64,000 bases of DNA from Bacteroidales bacterium. Its GTDB lineage: Bacteria; Bacteroidota; Bacteroidia; Bacteroidales; UBA10428. The stretch lies in the NCBI GenBank assembly GCA_016931575.1, contig JAFGEO010000118.1:143457-207456 (forward strand), in the 5' to 3' direction. The notes beneath the pieces were generated by a model. That model was given only the letters and a program-made list of their open reading frames with translations. It ran no database searches and was not told the origin of the DNA. Of the stretch, positions 1-9,907 are shown in pieces. A program made the position numbers and the translations under genes. How positions within the stretch are numbered: the stretch's first letter is position 1; the number at the start of each line of letters is the position of its first letter.

Positions 1-207
1 GTCAAATTTATCTAATGCGTCTGTGTACACATCCTTATTTCGTTCAATAATACTTGCCTTGACGCTTTTTGAGTATCCCTTCACATTTTCATAGTACTCG
101 ACAGAATGGTAGGGGATATAGGGGTCAATCGTAGGCCAAATATGGATTTGAGCAGAAATCGGCAGGTTAAGAAACAGCAGAAAAAAAAAGGAGGGGATCT
201 TTTTCAT
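1..207 (-). CDS. hypothetical secreted protein (C-terminal part lies outside the window)
   Basis: Hand translation of the minus strand from ATG at 207-205 gives MKKIPSFFFLLFLNLPISAQIHIWPTIDPY... It stays open with no stop to position 1. The N-terminus is hydrophobic and signal-peptide-like. Confidence 0.5.
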   Translation of the reverse strand, partial: MKKIPSFFFLLFLNLPISAQIHIWPTIDPYIPYHSVEYYENVKGYSKSVKASIIERNKDVYTDALDKFD

Positions 208-366
208 GTACCATGAATTATGTAAAAGAACCAATTTAAGGAAATTACGCTTTCAAGTCAAGTTTAAAGGGAAATGTAATAAGCATGGCTTGTTGATCAA
301 TTCAAATACTTTTTCTCTTTTTTAGTTATTTTATGCAACTGACATAGGGTTGACACCCTGATATTT

Positions 367-374
367 TATATTTG
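367..374 (+). promoter_or_regulatory. Bacteroidota-type -7 promoter box (TAnnTTTG)
   Basis: tatatttg lies 27 nt upstream of the ATG at 401. Confidence 0.4.
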
Positions 375-400
375 ATCTGAAACCATAAACACAATTCACA

Positions 401-1225
401 ATGTTAGAGATACCCGAATCGAAAGTAATGAGCCTCCAGGCTGAGAATGTACTAAGAAATAGAACGATTGTTGAAGTATTTCCGCCTACCAGCAAGCATA
501 AATTTGCCTTCTTTAATGGCGATCCTTTGGATTATAAGAAGTTATTAGAGGGCAGGCAGATACTATCTGCCCATGGACATGGAATGTTTGTGGACCTTCA
601 GTGCGACAGGGATGTATGCATTTCAATTGGTGAAGGCATCCATATGAGGTACTATGCCCCTACGGAAAAGCATCCTGAGAAGCATCAGTCGTTGTTCGTA
701 TTGGATGATGGTAGCTTTTTGGCTTTCAGTGTTGCTATGTATGGCTGGATCTGGGCCTGCAAAGGGAGTTTCGATGCTTCATACTACCAAGGAAGCATTA
801 ACAGTATCTCACCCCTGAGTGACGACTTCAATGAATCCTGTCTTGATGCGATATTTCGAAATACAACGAAGGATCTATCTCTTAAAGCCTTACTGGCTAC
901 GGAACAACGCATCCCCGGACTGGGGAACGGTGTGCTTCAGGATATTTTATTTAACGCAGGGCTGCATCCCAAACGAAAAAAATCAAGCATCAGTGATTTT
1001 CAGCAAGAAGAACTTTTTCATAGCCTGAAAGTTACCCTGGAAAAAATGACAAATCTCGGAGGACGGGATACGGAAAAAGACCTCTTTGGGAAATCCGGAG
1101 GGTACAAAACCCTGCTTTCGAAAATCACCTACAAAGATCCCTGTCCCAATTGCGGTGATACCCTGGTGAAACAGGCCTATTTAGGTGGTTCCGTCTACTT
1201 TTGTCCTACCTGTCAGCCGCTGTAA
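401..1225 (+). CDS. Fpg/Nei-family DNA glycosylase-like protein (atypical N-terminus)
   Basis: 274-aa ORF. H2TH-type segment RIPGLGNGVLQDILFNAGLHP and C-terminal zinc finger CPNCG...FCPTCQ. N-terminus MLEIPES aligns with MPELPEV of Fpg, but Pro2 is replaced by Leu. Confidence 0.75.
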   Translation: MLEIPESKVMSLQAENVLRNRTIVEVFPPTSKHKFAFFNGDPLDYKKLLEGRQILSAHGHGMFVDLQCDRDVCISIGEGIHMRYYAPTEKHPEKHQSLFVLDDGSFLAFSVAMYGWIWACKGSFDASYYQGSINSISPLSDDFNESCLDAIFRNTTKDLSLKALLATEQRIPGLGNGVLQDILFNAGLHPKRKKSSISDFQQEELFHSLKVTLEKMTNLGGRDTEKDLFGKSGGYKTLLSKITYKDPCPNCGDTLVKQAYLGGSVYFCPTCQPL

Positions 1226-1340
1226 CTCAAATTTTCTTTCAAATGGATTGTTAATGGAATAGTTCAATAGCTCTTTAAGTTATTGATTCATCAATGTCGA
1301 ATAATAAAAAGTATTTTAGCTCTGGCTTAAACGAGATAAA

Positions 1341-1727
1341 ATGAAATTTGAACACCTTGCTCTAAATATCCAGGATCCTGCAGCCCTTGCTTCCTGGTAT
1401 GTTAAATATTTGGGAATGAAGATCGTAACGGCCCAGGATAAATCACCCTACGGACACTTCCTTTCCGATGATTCCGGGATGATGCTGGAGATTTATTGTA
1501 ACCCTAAAGCAGAAGTGCCGGATTACAGGAAACTCCACCATCTTACGTTTCACCTGGCTTTCATCTCCGGTGATCCCGATGGCGACCGGAAACGTCTGGA
1601 AGCTGCAGGTGCCGGGTTTGTGGAAGAGATCAAAACGCCCGATGGTTCGCACATTATTATGATGCGGGACCCCTGGGGAGTGGCGATACAGTTCTGCAAG
1701 AGGGGGACTCCGCTGAACAGGAATTGA
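1341..1727 (+). CDS. VOC (glyoxalase/bleomycin-resistance/dioxygenase) family protein
   Basis: 128-aa ORF. It begins MKFEHLALNIQD, has HLAF and ends with a GVAIQF beta-alpha-beta-beta-beta-like pattern. The size is typical of single-module VOC proteins. Confidence 0.6.
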   Translation: MKFEHLALNIQDPAALASWYVKYLGMKIVTAQDKSPYGHFLSDDSGMMLEIYCNPKAEVPDYRKLHHLTFHLAFISGDPDGDRKRLEAAGAGFVEEIKTPDGSHIIMMRDPWGVAIQFCKRGTPLNRN

Positions 1728-1941
1728 AGCAGACCTGGTATTGCCGGATTACTACCCCTTCATTCTATCAGATTTAGGATGGAAGTACTTCTGATATACC
1801 TCATTTAGTCCAAAAAAAAATTAACCGGACCGACTCCCGGAAACCGCATTATATCAGCCATTGTCAGTTGTAGGGTAATAGTAGCTTCCAAATATTCTGG
1901 TAATTATTGGTCAAATTGCATGGAGTGTCGTTTGATAACCA

Positions 1942-1949
1942 TACCTTTG
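1942..1949 (+). promoter_or_regulatory. Bacteroidota-type -7 promoter box (TAnnTTTG)
   Basis: tacctttg lies 63 nt upstream of the helicase ATG. A TTG sits about 23 nt further upstream. The predicted leader contains the hairpin ccgtatg-N15-catacgg. Confidence 0.45.
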
Positions 1950-2011
1950 CGCCTTAATAAATTCCGTATGGTTTTTAAGTGCGTACATACGGCATAACTA
2001 ATCAATAATAA

Positions 2012-3268
2012 ATGCAATTTGAAGAACTAGAGATTATAGAGCCGGTATTAAAAGCTCTGTATGAAGAAGATTATCGTGTACCTACCTCTATACAGGAAAA
2101 GGCAATTCCACTTATCCTGAAACGAAATGATGTGTTGGGTAGTGCCCAGACCGGAACAGGAAAAACGGCTGCTTTTGCCATTCCCATTCTGCAACACTTG
2201 TATATGGAACACCAGCAGAGCCGCCACCCCAGAATAATTAAGGCGCTCGTTATCACACCTACCCGTGAGTTGGCCATCCAGATTGGCGAGAGCTTTTCGA
2301 CCTATGGTAAGTATACAGGAATAAAGAATACAGTTGTTTTTGGGGGAGTCACCCAGGGAGCACAAGTAGATGCCCTCCGACGGGGTGTAGATATCCTTGT
2401 AGCTACTCCCGGCCGGCTTCTGGATTTAATGGATCAGGGCTTTATCAGCCTGAAACATATTGAATACTTTGTGCTCGACGAGGCGGACAGAATGCTCGAC
2501 ATGGGCTTTATTCACGATATCAGGAAGATTATCGCCAAACTACCCCTGAAGCGCCAGTCATTATTCTTTTCAGCCACCATGCCGGAAAATATTGTCGACC
2601 TTTCAAGAAAAATACTCAGTGATCCGAAGAAGGTGGAAGTCAGCCCGGTTTCATCAACAGCAGAGACCATTCAGCAATACCTTTACTACACTAACAGATC
2701 GAGCAAAAAGGACCTGCTGTTGCATATCCTGCAGGATCCGAAAATTGACCAGGTATTGCTGTTCTCCCGGACAAAACATGGCGCAGATAAAATTGCCGGT
2801 AATCTGCATAAGAAACGCGTAAAGGTTGGTGTTATCCATGGCGATAAAGCCCAGAATCAAAGGCAGAAGGCGCTGACACAATTTAAGGAAGGGCAGATAA
2901 GGGTGTTGGTGGCTACCGATATCGCAGCCAGGGGAATTGATATTGACAAACTGAAATACGTTATCAATTATGACATTCCCAACGTTGCTGAGACCTATGT
3001 TCATCGGATCGGAAGAACCGGAAGGGCAGGGGATGAAGGTATTGCGATCTCACTTTGCGAACCTGAAGAGAACAGCTTCGTGAAGGATATTGAAAAGCTG
3101 ATCAATATACAGATTACCCGGGTGAGCAATAATCCTTTTCCGCAGACTGAAAAACCAATGTCTGAAAAGGAGAAGAAGGAATTTGAAAAACAAAAGCAAA
3201 TTAAAAAACAGGAATTCTTCGCTGCCCGGAAAAAAACACAGAACAGGCCTCATTCTTCGCGGAGGTAG
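2012..3268 (+). CDS. rhlE: DEAD-box ATP-dependent RNA helicase (RhlE-like)
   Basis: Motifs AQTGTGKT, PTRELA, DEAD, SAT and HRIGRTGRAG, plus a Lys/Glu-rich basic C-terminal tail. Confidence 0.9.
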   Translation: MQFEELEIIEPVLKALYEEDYRVPTSIQEKAIPLILKRNDVLGSAQTGTGKTAAFAIPILQHLYMEHQQSRHPRIIKALVITPTRELAIQIGESFSTYGKYTGIKNTVVFGGVTQGAQVDALRRGVDILVATPGRLLDLMDQGFISLKHIEYFVLDEADRMLDMGFIHDIRKIIAKLPLKRQSLFFSATMPENIVDLSRKILSDPKKVEVSPVSSTAETIQQYLYYTNRSSKKDLLLHILQDPKIDQVLLFSRTKHGADKIAGNLHKKRVKVGVIHGDKAQNQRQKALTQFKEGQIRVLVATDIAARGIDIDKLKYVINYDIPNVAETYVHRIGRTGRAGDEGIAISLCEPEENSFVKDIEKLINIQITRVSNNPFPQTEKPMSEKEKKEFEKQKQIKKQEFFAARKKTQNRPHSSRR

Positions 3269-3396
3269 AATGTTCAGATGGAGTCGTTAAAAAGACTGAT
3301 CTTCAATGCTATGATCTACTGGGTTTCTTCTGAATAAGGTATTCTGAAGGGATCTCTGCAAGTTTAGCAGATTGAAGCAGATTTGTCTAAAAGAAA

Positions 3397-4050
3397 TTGG
3401 TTTTGAGTTACTCACACATCATTTTTGACCTGGACGGCACCCTGATTAACCCTGAAAAAGGTATTCGGGATTCTTTTGCTTATGCCATTCAAAAAATGCA
3501 GGTAGATATTAACCTTGACGATTATTATCTAAAATTAATTGGACCGCCTCTGCACCACGGATTTTCTAAAGTTTTAAAAATGAGCGATCATGATGCTGAT
3601 CGTGCTGTTAAATATTTCAGGGAATATTATGGCAAGCAGGGATTTCGTGATTCCGTTTTGTATGAAGGTATTCATAACCTTCATGAAGAACTCTGTAAAA
3701 ATGGGAAGAAGATCTACCTGGCCAGCTCCAAACTAGAGAAATATGCTATAGCAATCCTCAAAGACAAAGATCTGCTTAGGTATTATGAGTATGTTGCCGG
3801 TGCAACATATAAAGGTTCAGGGGCCGACAAGGACATACTCATTCGCAGGGTGCTTGAAAAAATATCTTTATCCGGAGGGGATCAGGTAGCTATGATAGGG
3901 GATACGAAATTCGATATCCTGGGAGCCCGCGATGCCGGGATTGATTCAATAGCTATCCTTTACGGGTATGGCAATGAGGCAGATTTTACCGAGGCAGGAG
4001 CCACACATATCGCTGCCGATGTTCAAGCTTTACGTTTGCTCCTGCTATAG
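3397..4050 (+). CDS. HAD-superfamily hydrolase (phosphoglycolate-phosphatase-like)
   Basis: IIFDLDGTL motif I, a SSK-type motif II region and GDTKFDILGA motif III/IV. The ORF begins with TTG at 3397. Confidence 0.75.
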   Translation: MVLSYSHIIFDLDGTLINPEKGIRDSFAYAIQKMQVDINLDDYYLKLIGPPLHHGFSKVLKMSDHDADRAVKYFREYYGKQGFRDSVLYEGIHNLHEELCKNGKKIYLASSKLEKYAIAILKDKDLLRYYEYVAGATYKGSGADKDILIRRVLEKISLSGGDQVAMIGDTKFDILGARDAGIDSIAILYGYGNEADFTEAGATHIAADVQALRLLLL

Positions 4051-4269
4051 ATTATTGAAAGGTATTAAAGTGAAGAAATGCTCAGTCTTAAAATAAGGAT
4101 CTGATCTCGTAAAAGGCCTGGTTTTAGTGGCAATAGGCGGGCTTCGTTAGGCTCATCCACCGGCAACCCAAAAACATAAGATTCCAAATCAGTGCATTCC
4201 TTCAGAAAGAAAGATGGATTTAAATGAAATAATATCTAAAATTTAAAACAGAAAGGGCGTAATAAAAAA

Positions 4270-4300
4270 AGAAAGCCTGCAATAGCAATGCAAGCTTTCT
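4270..4300 (-). terminator. putative intrinsic terminator downstream of kdsA
   Basis: Hairpin agaaagcctgca / tgcaagctttct with one mismatch and a 7-nt loop. On the minus strand it is followed by a T8 run (plus-strand aaaaaaaa at 4263-4270). Confidence 0.45.
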
Positions 4301-4409
4301 GGTAATATGGGTCAAATCGTTAGGGCTAATGGGGCACTAATATAAGAATTTCCTTTTGTATTCCAATTTTTATACAAAAAAATTAGTTGTTTGAAAAGTG
4401 GAAATGCTT

Positions 4410-5216
4410 TCAGGTAAGTGTATTCAGACTGCTTTTTAGCACGGATAACTCCCGAAGCAGTTGTTCAACCATGCTCAATTTCAACATGTTAGCTCCATCA
4501 GACAAAGCCTTCTCGGGGTGTGGATGGGTTTCCATGAAGATCCCGTCAATTCCGGAGGCGATACCGGCACGGGCAATAGTGGATATTAATTCCGGCCTGC
4601 CACCGGTAACACCGCTCGACTGGTTTGGTTGCTGGAGGGAGTGTGTGATGTCCAGGATAACCGGATAGCCGAAAGATTTCATTTCAGGAATGTTCCTGAA
4701 ATCAACGACCAGGTCGCTATAACCGAAGGTATTGCCCCTTTCGGTCAGCATGATGTTCGGATTTCCGGCTTCCTGAACCTTCTCAGCAGCAAATTTCATT
4801 GAGCCGGCAGAGAGGAATTGCCCTTTTTTAATATTTACAATTTTTCCGGTTTTTGCAGCTGCTGTAAGAATATCGGTCTGGCGGCATAGAAATGCCGGTA
4901 TTTGGAGAATATCAACGTAGGCAGCCGCCAGTTCTGCTTCAGCAGCGGAATGGATGTCGGTCACGACAGGAACATTGTATTTCTGCCTTATGGAACCCAG
5001 GATTTCAAGTGCTTTTTCATCTCCCAGTCCAGAGAAAGAATCGGATCGCGACCGGTTGGCCTTGCGGTATGAGGCCTTAAAAACGTAGGGGATCCCCAAT
5101 TTGGTCGTGGTTTCAATCAGACTTCCGGCTATCTCATCGCACAGGGAAAGGCTTTCTACAACACAGGGCCCCGCCAGCAGGAAGAAATTGGAATTGATCA
5201 GATCTGTGTTTTTCAT
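4410..5216 (-). CDS. kdsA: 3-deoxy-8-phosphooctulonate synthase (KDO-8-P synthase)
   Basis: FFLLAGPCVVES, FKASYRKANRS and LDITHSLQ motifs. The track ORF extends to 5261, but MKNTDLINSNFFLLAGPC (ATG at 5216) matches the usual N-terminus. Confidence 0.9.
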   Translation of the reverse strand: MKNTDLINSNFFLLAGPCVVESLSLCDEIAGSLIETTTKLGIPYVFKASYRKANRSRSDSFSGLGDEKALEILGSIRQKYNVPVVTDIHSAAEAELAAAYVDILQIPAFLCRQTDILTAAAKTGKIVNIKKGQFLSAGSMKFAAEKVQEAGNPNIMLTERGNTFGYSDLVVDFRNIPEMKSFGYPVILDITHSLQQPNQSSGVTGGRPELISTIARAGIASGIDGIFMETHPHPEKALSDGANMLKLSMVEQLLRELSVLKSSLNTLT

Positions 5217-5418
5217 TACTTTGTATACGCTTCGGATATTGCTTTCTGGTAACAGCTGCAAGTTGCAATTTATTGTTGAAAAAATAAGGGATGGCCGGCA
5301 CTTAATTGTATATAGAAGGATAATTGGTGTATACTTGCAGGTCTGGCAATTTGTCGGACAGCCATTTTAGTTTGATTATTCCATACCAGAACCAGTGTTA
5401 CCAAAACCATAATTGACC

Positions 5419-7596
5419 ATGAAAATTTTTAGTACAAACCTTTTCTTATTCACCTTGCTTGTTTTCATTTCCCGGCATGGCCATGCCCAGGAATATTCGA
5501 CGGTTGAATTTCCTTTCTCGTACTTTGAAGGGGTTTCTGAACCGGCTGCCGGATGGTATCTGCCCGGGTTTGACGATGCCGGATGGGAATCTGATACCGG
5601 GATCATCGGTTATGGGTATTTTGATGGGGAAAATCCTATGGAGGATGTGCAGGTTGGCACCTCGGTAAACACCTTGTACATTCGGGGGCATTTCCAGGTT
5701 GATAATAAAGCTGATTTTGAAGAAGTCAATTTCTTTGCCGATTACGATGATGGCTTCATCGCCTACCTGAATGGTCACGAGATCGTTCGTGTAAATGTGG
5801 ATCCGGAGCTTCCATATCCCGCCTATAACGATCTGGCTATCCGCTCACACGAGATGCAGATCTATGGTTGGGATAACGAGCCGGTACTTGGATATTACCT
5901 GGATTCCCTTCAGTTGGATTCAATACTGGTTGAGGGTGATAATGTCATCGCTGTTCAGGTGCTGAACGACAGCATTAATGGTTCGGATCTGCAATTCATT
6001 GGTATGCTGATGAACGTGACAGATTTCCCCTTTAACATGTACGACCTACCTTCCCGTTATAAAAGATATTACCCGGTAGATTCCACTTCAATGCCAATTG
6101 TCCTGATCGAGACCGATGAGTTTGGGATCCCATACCATCATATTCGCAGGGATGTCATTATGGGTATCATTGACAACGGGGCAGGGAAGTATAACAAACC
6201 CACCGATTCATGTAATAGCTTTTATGGCTATGCATCTATGTGGGTGAAAGGGGAATCATCGAAAGATTTTCAAAAGCGATCGTACCGTATCGAGCTGATT
6301 GACTCACTGGGAGCGGATTCCAGTGTCTCTTTGATGGGTATGCCTGCTGATGAAGACTGGGTGCTCGCCGGGCCTTTTCAGGATAAGGCCCTTTTCCGTA
6401 ATCCCATGGTCTTTGATTTGGGCAGGAAACTCAATGGAAGCTATCAGCCCAGAAGCCGCTTTGTGGAAGTGTATTTTAACGGAGAATACATCGGATTATA
6501 CTCTTTGATGGAAACAATCAAAAGGGGTAATGACCGGGTGGATATTGCCCGCCTCAGGGCTGAAGAAATTTCAGGTAATGATTTAACAGGTGGGTACATC
6601 TTACGTTTCGATAAACCAAATGGTTCCCTGCAGATAGACTACCCAAAGGCAGATGTTATTTCTCCTGAGCAAGAAGAATACATTATGGGATATTACCAGG
6701 AGTATAGTACCGTGTTAACCACCAGTTATTTTATGGACCCGGACTCAGGATATGTAAAATATATTAATGATACTTCACTGGTCGATTACCTCATTGTAAA
6801 CGAGATCACCAAGAATGCGGATTCATACCTTAACAGTACCTATTTCTATAAAGACCGCAATGACCGGGATCCCCGCTTCCATTTCGGTCCGCTTTGGGAT
6901 ATGGACCTTGCCTTCGGAAATTCACGCTTTCAGAATGGGGACCGCTACGACGAATGGCAGTTTGATAATCAATATAACTCCAATAACCGCCTAAAAGTCA
7001 GGAAACTATTCCAGGATCCTGCCCTGGTTGATCTTTTCCAGGAACGCTGGTGGGCTGCAAGGGAAACTAAATTCAGTACGGATTCGCTGGTGGCCTATAT
7101 CGATTCTGTGGTTGCCTTCCTGGGAGATGCAAGTACGAGGAATTGGTATGTGTGGCCTATGATCGATGAAAATATTTTTAATTGTAATTACCTCTCACAG
7201 AATTATGAAGAGGAAATAATTAATATTAAAAACTGGCTGATCGCGAGACTTGACTGGATGGATGAGAATATCGATGATATTTTCTATGAGGTTGTGATAC
7301 CCACAGAGGTTCCGTATGTGACTGAATATATGCAGTTTTCCTATGAGGTGTATCCAAACCCGTTTAGCGAAAAGCTGATCCTGGAGATTAATTCAACCGA
7401 GGTATCAGAGGTTCAGCTTCAGGTATTTGACCTTGTCGGAACACTTAAGTATGCAGCGGATTACGCGGTTCAGCCGGGAGCTACCACGGTGGAAATTGAT
7501 ACGTATGAGATGGGCAATATACCTTCCGGGATTTATTTAATGAAGCTTGCAGTAAATGGAAACCTGTTTGCTACACAACGTCTGACGAAACAATAG
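5419..7596 (+). CDS. secreted CotH-family (atypical kinase fold) protein with T9SS C-terminal sorting domain
   Basis: Signal peptide MKIFSTNLFLFTLLVFISRHGHAQ. CotH-like core (YRIEL..., DEDWVLAGPFQDKALFRNPMVFDLG, YFNGEYIGLYSLMETIKR). C-terminus YPNPFSEKLILEI...GIYLMKLAVNGNLFATQRL is typical of Por/T9SS CTDs. The track ORF starts at TTG 5413; an ATG is at 5419. Confidence 0.8.
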   Translation: MKIFSTNLFLFTLLVFISRHGHAQEYSTVEFPFSYFEGVSEPAAGWYLPGFDDAGWESDTGIIGYGYFDGENPMEDVQVGTSVNTLYIRGHFQVDNKADFEEVNFFADYDDGFIAYLNGHEIVRVNVDPELPYPAYNDLAIRSHEMQIYGWDNEPVLGYYLDSLQLDSILVEGDNVIAVQVLNDSINGSDLQFIGMLMNVTDFPFNMYDLPSRYKRYYPVDSTSMPIVLIETDEFGIPYHHIRRDVIMGIIDNGAGKYNKPTDSCNSFYGYASMWVKGESSKDFQKRSYRIELIDSLGADSSVSLMGMPADEDWVLAGPFQDKALFRNPMVFDLGRKLNGSYQPRSRFVEVYFNGEYIGLYSLMETIKRGNDRVDIARLRAEEISGNDLTGGYILRFDKPNGSLQIDYPKADVISPEQEEYIMGYYQEYSTVLTTSYFMDPDSGYVKYINDTSLVDYLIVNEITKNADSYLNSTYFYKDRNDRDPRFHFGPLWDMDLAFGNSRFQNGDRYDEWQFDNQYNSNNRLKVRKLFQDPALVDLFQERWWAARETKFSTDSLVAYIDSVVAFLGDASTRNWYVWPMIDENIFNCNYLSQNYEEEIINIKNWLIARLDWMDENIDDIFYEVVIPTEVPYVTEYMQFSYEVYPNPFSEKLILEINSTEVSEVQLQVFDLVGTLKYAADYAVQPGATTVEIDTYEMGNIPSGIYLMKLAVNGNLFATQRLTKQ

Positions 7597-7677
7597 AAAG
7601 TTACTGGGTTCAAAGGACAGGTTGTCGATGTCAGAATCCTGTGGAAGGCACAGCCGATTCATCGACAGTCTGAAAAC

Positions 7678-8985
7678 CTAATATCCATACCTCTTCGACC
7701 AGAGTTTCCGGAGTCGTTCAAGGAATTTCTGTTCGTGGGGATTGTCCTGAGGGGTATATAATCGTTTGCCTTTCAGCTCATCGGGGAGGTAATTCTGATC
7801 TGTGAAATTCTGCTCATAGTCATGGGCATATTTATATTCCTTACCATAACCTATCTCTTTCATCAGTTTGGTAGGGGCATTTCTGAGATGCAGGGGAACC
7901 GGCAGATCCCCGGTGGACTGAACGCTCTGTTGGGCTTCGTTGATGGCCATATATGCCGAATTGCTTTTTGGACAGTTAGCCAGGTATACTGCTACTTCAG
8001 AGAGTATGATCCGTGATTCCGGCCACCCGATTTTTGTCACGGCTTCAAAACCGGCATTTGCCAACAGGAGGGCATTCGGATTTGCCAGACCAATATCTTC
8101 AGAAGCAAGGATCAGCAACCTGCGGGCAATAAATTTTGGATCTTCGCCCCCTTCCACCATTCGCGCCAGCCAGTAGACAGCAGCATTGGGGTCACTACCC
8201 CTGATCGACTTGATGAAGGCGGAAATGATATCGTAGTGCTGTTCACCGTTCTTGTCGTAAACCGCCATATTCTCCTGCAGGCGCTCTGTCACCAGCTTAT
8301 TTGTGATGATCAGCTTTTTTGTGTCATGATGCGCCCGGTAAAGAAGTTCAAGGATATTAAGCAATTTTCTTCCGTCACCGCCTGAATAACGAAGGATGGC
8401 TTCATCTTCCTTTATAACGATCTTCGCCTGCTTAAAGACACTGTCCTCATCCAGTGCCCTGTTCAGAAGCTTTAGTAATTCCTCCTTTTGAAGCGACTTA
8501 AGGATATATACCTGGCACCGGGAGAGCAGGGGGGAGATCACTTCGAATGAGGGGTTCTCCGTTGTGGCACCGATAAGGGTTATGATACCTTCTTCAACAG
8601 CTCCCAACAGACTATCCTGCTGCGATTTGCTGAACCGGTGGATCTCATCGATAAACAGGATGGGATTAGGTTTGTTGAAGAATTGCTGTTTTTTTGCTTT
8701 TTCAATGGTTTCCCTGACATCTTTCACCCCCGAATTTACAGCGCTAAGTAAATAAAAGGGACGGTCCAGGGTGTTCGCTATAACCCTGGCCAGGGTTGTT
8801 TTACCTACACCCGGAGGACCCCACAAAATGAAAGAGGGGATCTGGCCTTTTTCAATAGCTTGTCTTAGTACGGCCTTCTCACCTACCAGATGCTTCTGCC
8901 CGATGTACTCATCGAGAGATTTTGGTCGCATTCGATCGGCTAATGGCTGATTACTCAACATTCGGGCATAATTTTCAGTAAACAT
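7678..8985 (-). CDS. rarA: replication-associated recombination protein A (AAA+ ATPase)
   Basis: Walker A GPPGVGKTTLA and Walker B LFIDEIHRF. MgsA C-terminal region (HYDIISAFIKSIRGSDPNAAVYWLARM). 435 aa. Confidence 0.9.
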   Translation of the reverse strand: MFTENYARMLSNQPLADRMRPKSLDEYIGQKHLVGEKAVLRQAIEKGQIPSFILWGPPGVGKTTLARVIANTLDRPFYLLSAVNSGVKDVRETIEKAKKQQFFNKPNPILFIDEIHRFSKSQQDSLLGAVEEGIITLIGATTENPSFEVISPLLSRCQVYILKSLQKEELLKLLNRALDEDSVFKQAKIVIKEDEAILRYSGGDGRKLLNILELLYRAHHDTKKLIITNKLVTERLQENMAVYDKNGEQHYDIISAFIKSIRGSDPNAAVYWLARMVEGGEDPKFIARRLLILASEDIGLANPNALLLANAGFEAVTKIGWPESRIILSEVAVYLANCPKSNSAYMAINEAQQSVQSTGDLPVPLHLRNAPTKLMKEIGYGKEYKYAHDYEQNFTDQNYLPDELKGKRLYTPQDNPHEQKFLERLRKLWSKRYGY

Positions 8986-9061
8986 AGAATAAATAATTGT
9001 ATCAGGAAATGCCTTTTCGTATTCAAGGATAATAAAACTTTTGATGCAAAGGGATTATTTA

Positions 9062-9069
9062 TAATTTTG
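9062..9069 (+). promoter_or_regulatory. Bacteroidota-type -7 promoter box (TAnnTTTG)
   Basis: taattttg lies 22 nt upstream of the ATG at 9092. Confidence 0.45.
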
Positions 9070-9091
9070 AGAACTTCCAAATCTGTATTGA

Positions 9092-9898
9092 ATGAAAGGC
9101 AAAGTTGTTATTATCACTGGAGCTTCCTCAGGAATAGGTTTTGCTTGTGCAAAAGCCTTTGCCCGTAAAAACTGTACTGTTGTACTTGCAGCCCGCTCAA
9201 AAGAAAAGCTTGAAGAGGTATCCGTTGAGATTAACGCTCTGGGAGGCAAATCCCTTGTGGTTCCTACAGATGTTTCCCTTGAAGAGGATTGCAGACGTTT
9301 GATTGATGTAACGATCGATACCTTTGGGCGGATTGATATTCTTGTTAATAATGCCGGGATATCTATGCGTGCTATATTGGATGATGTAGAAACACATGTC
9401 CTTCACCAGGTGATGGATGTGAACTTTTGGGGAACTGTATATTGTACAAAGTATGCTCTTCCGTTCCTTCAGCAATCCAGAGGAACCATTGTCGGTATTA
9501 GTTCTTTAGCAGGTTTTCACGGACTGCCGGGCAGATGCGCCTATTCAGCCTCCAAATTCGCAATGCATGGCTTTCTGGAAAGCGTCCGCATCGAAAACTG
9601 GAGGAAGAAGGTCCATGTTCTCATTGTGGCAGCCAGTTTCACGCGTTCCAATATTCGGAAGGCCGCTCTGAATGCGCAGGGGGTTGCCCAGTCAGAAACC
9701 CCTAAGGATGAGGAACGGCTAACAAGTCCCGAACGTGTGGCAAGGAATGTATTGCGTTCTATCCGAAAACGTAAAAGAACCCGGATCATGTCTCTGCAAG
9801 GGCAGCTCATGGTATTCTTTCAGCGCATCATCCCGTTCCTGACAGATTATGCAATCCTGAGGACATTCAGTAAAGAACGAAATTCTCCCTTTAAATAG
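9092..9898 (+). CDS. SDR-family oxidoreductase
   Basis: TGASSGIG cofactor motif, NNAG, and the catalytic YSASK. Confidence 0.85.
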   Translation: MKGKVVIITGASSGIGFACAKAFARKNCTVVLAARSKEKLEEVSVEINALGGKSLVVPTDVSLEEDCRRLIDVTIDTFGRIDILVNNAGISMRAILDDVETHVLHQVMDVNFWGTVYCTKYALPFLQQSRGTIVGISSLAGFHGLPGRCAYSASKFAMHGFLESVRIENWRKKVHVLIVAASFTRSNIRKAALNAQGVAQSETPKDEERLTSPERVARNVLRSIRKRKRTRIMSLQGQLMVFFQRIIPFLTDYAILRTFSKERNSPFK

Positions 9899-9907
9899 GA
9901 ATACACT

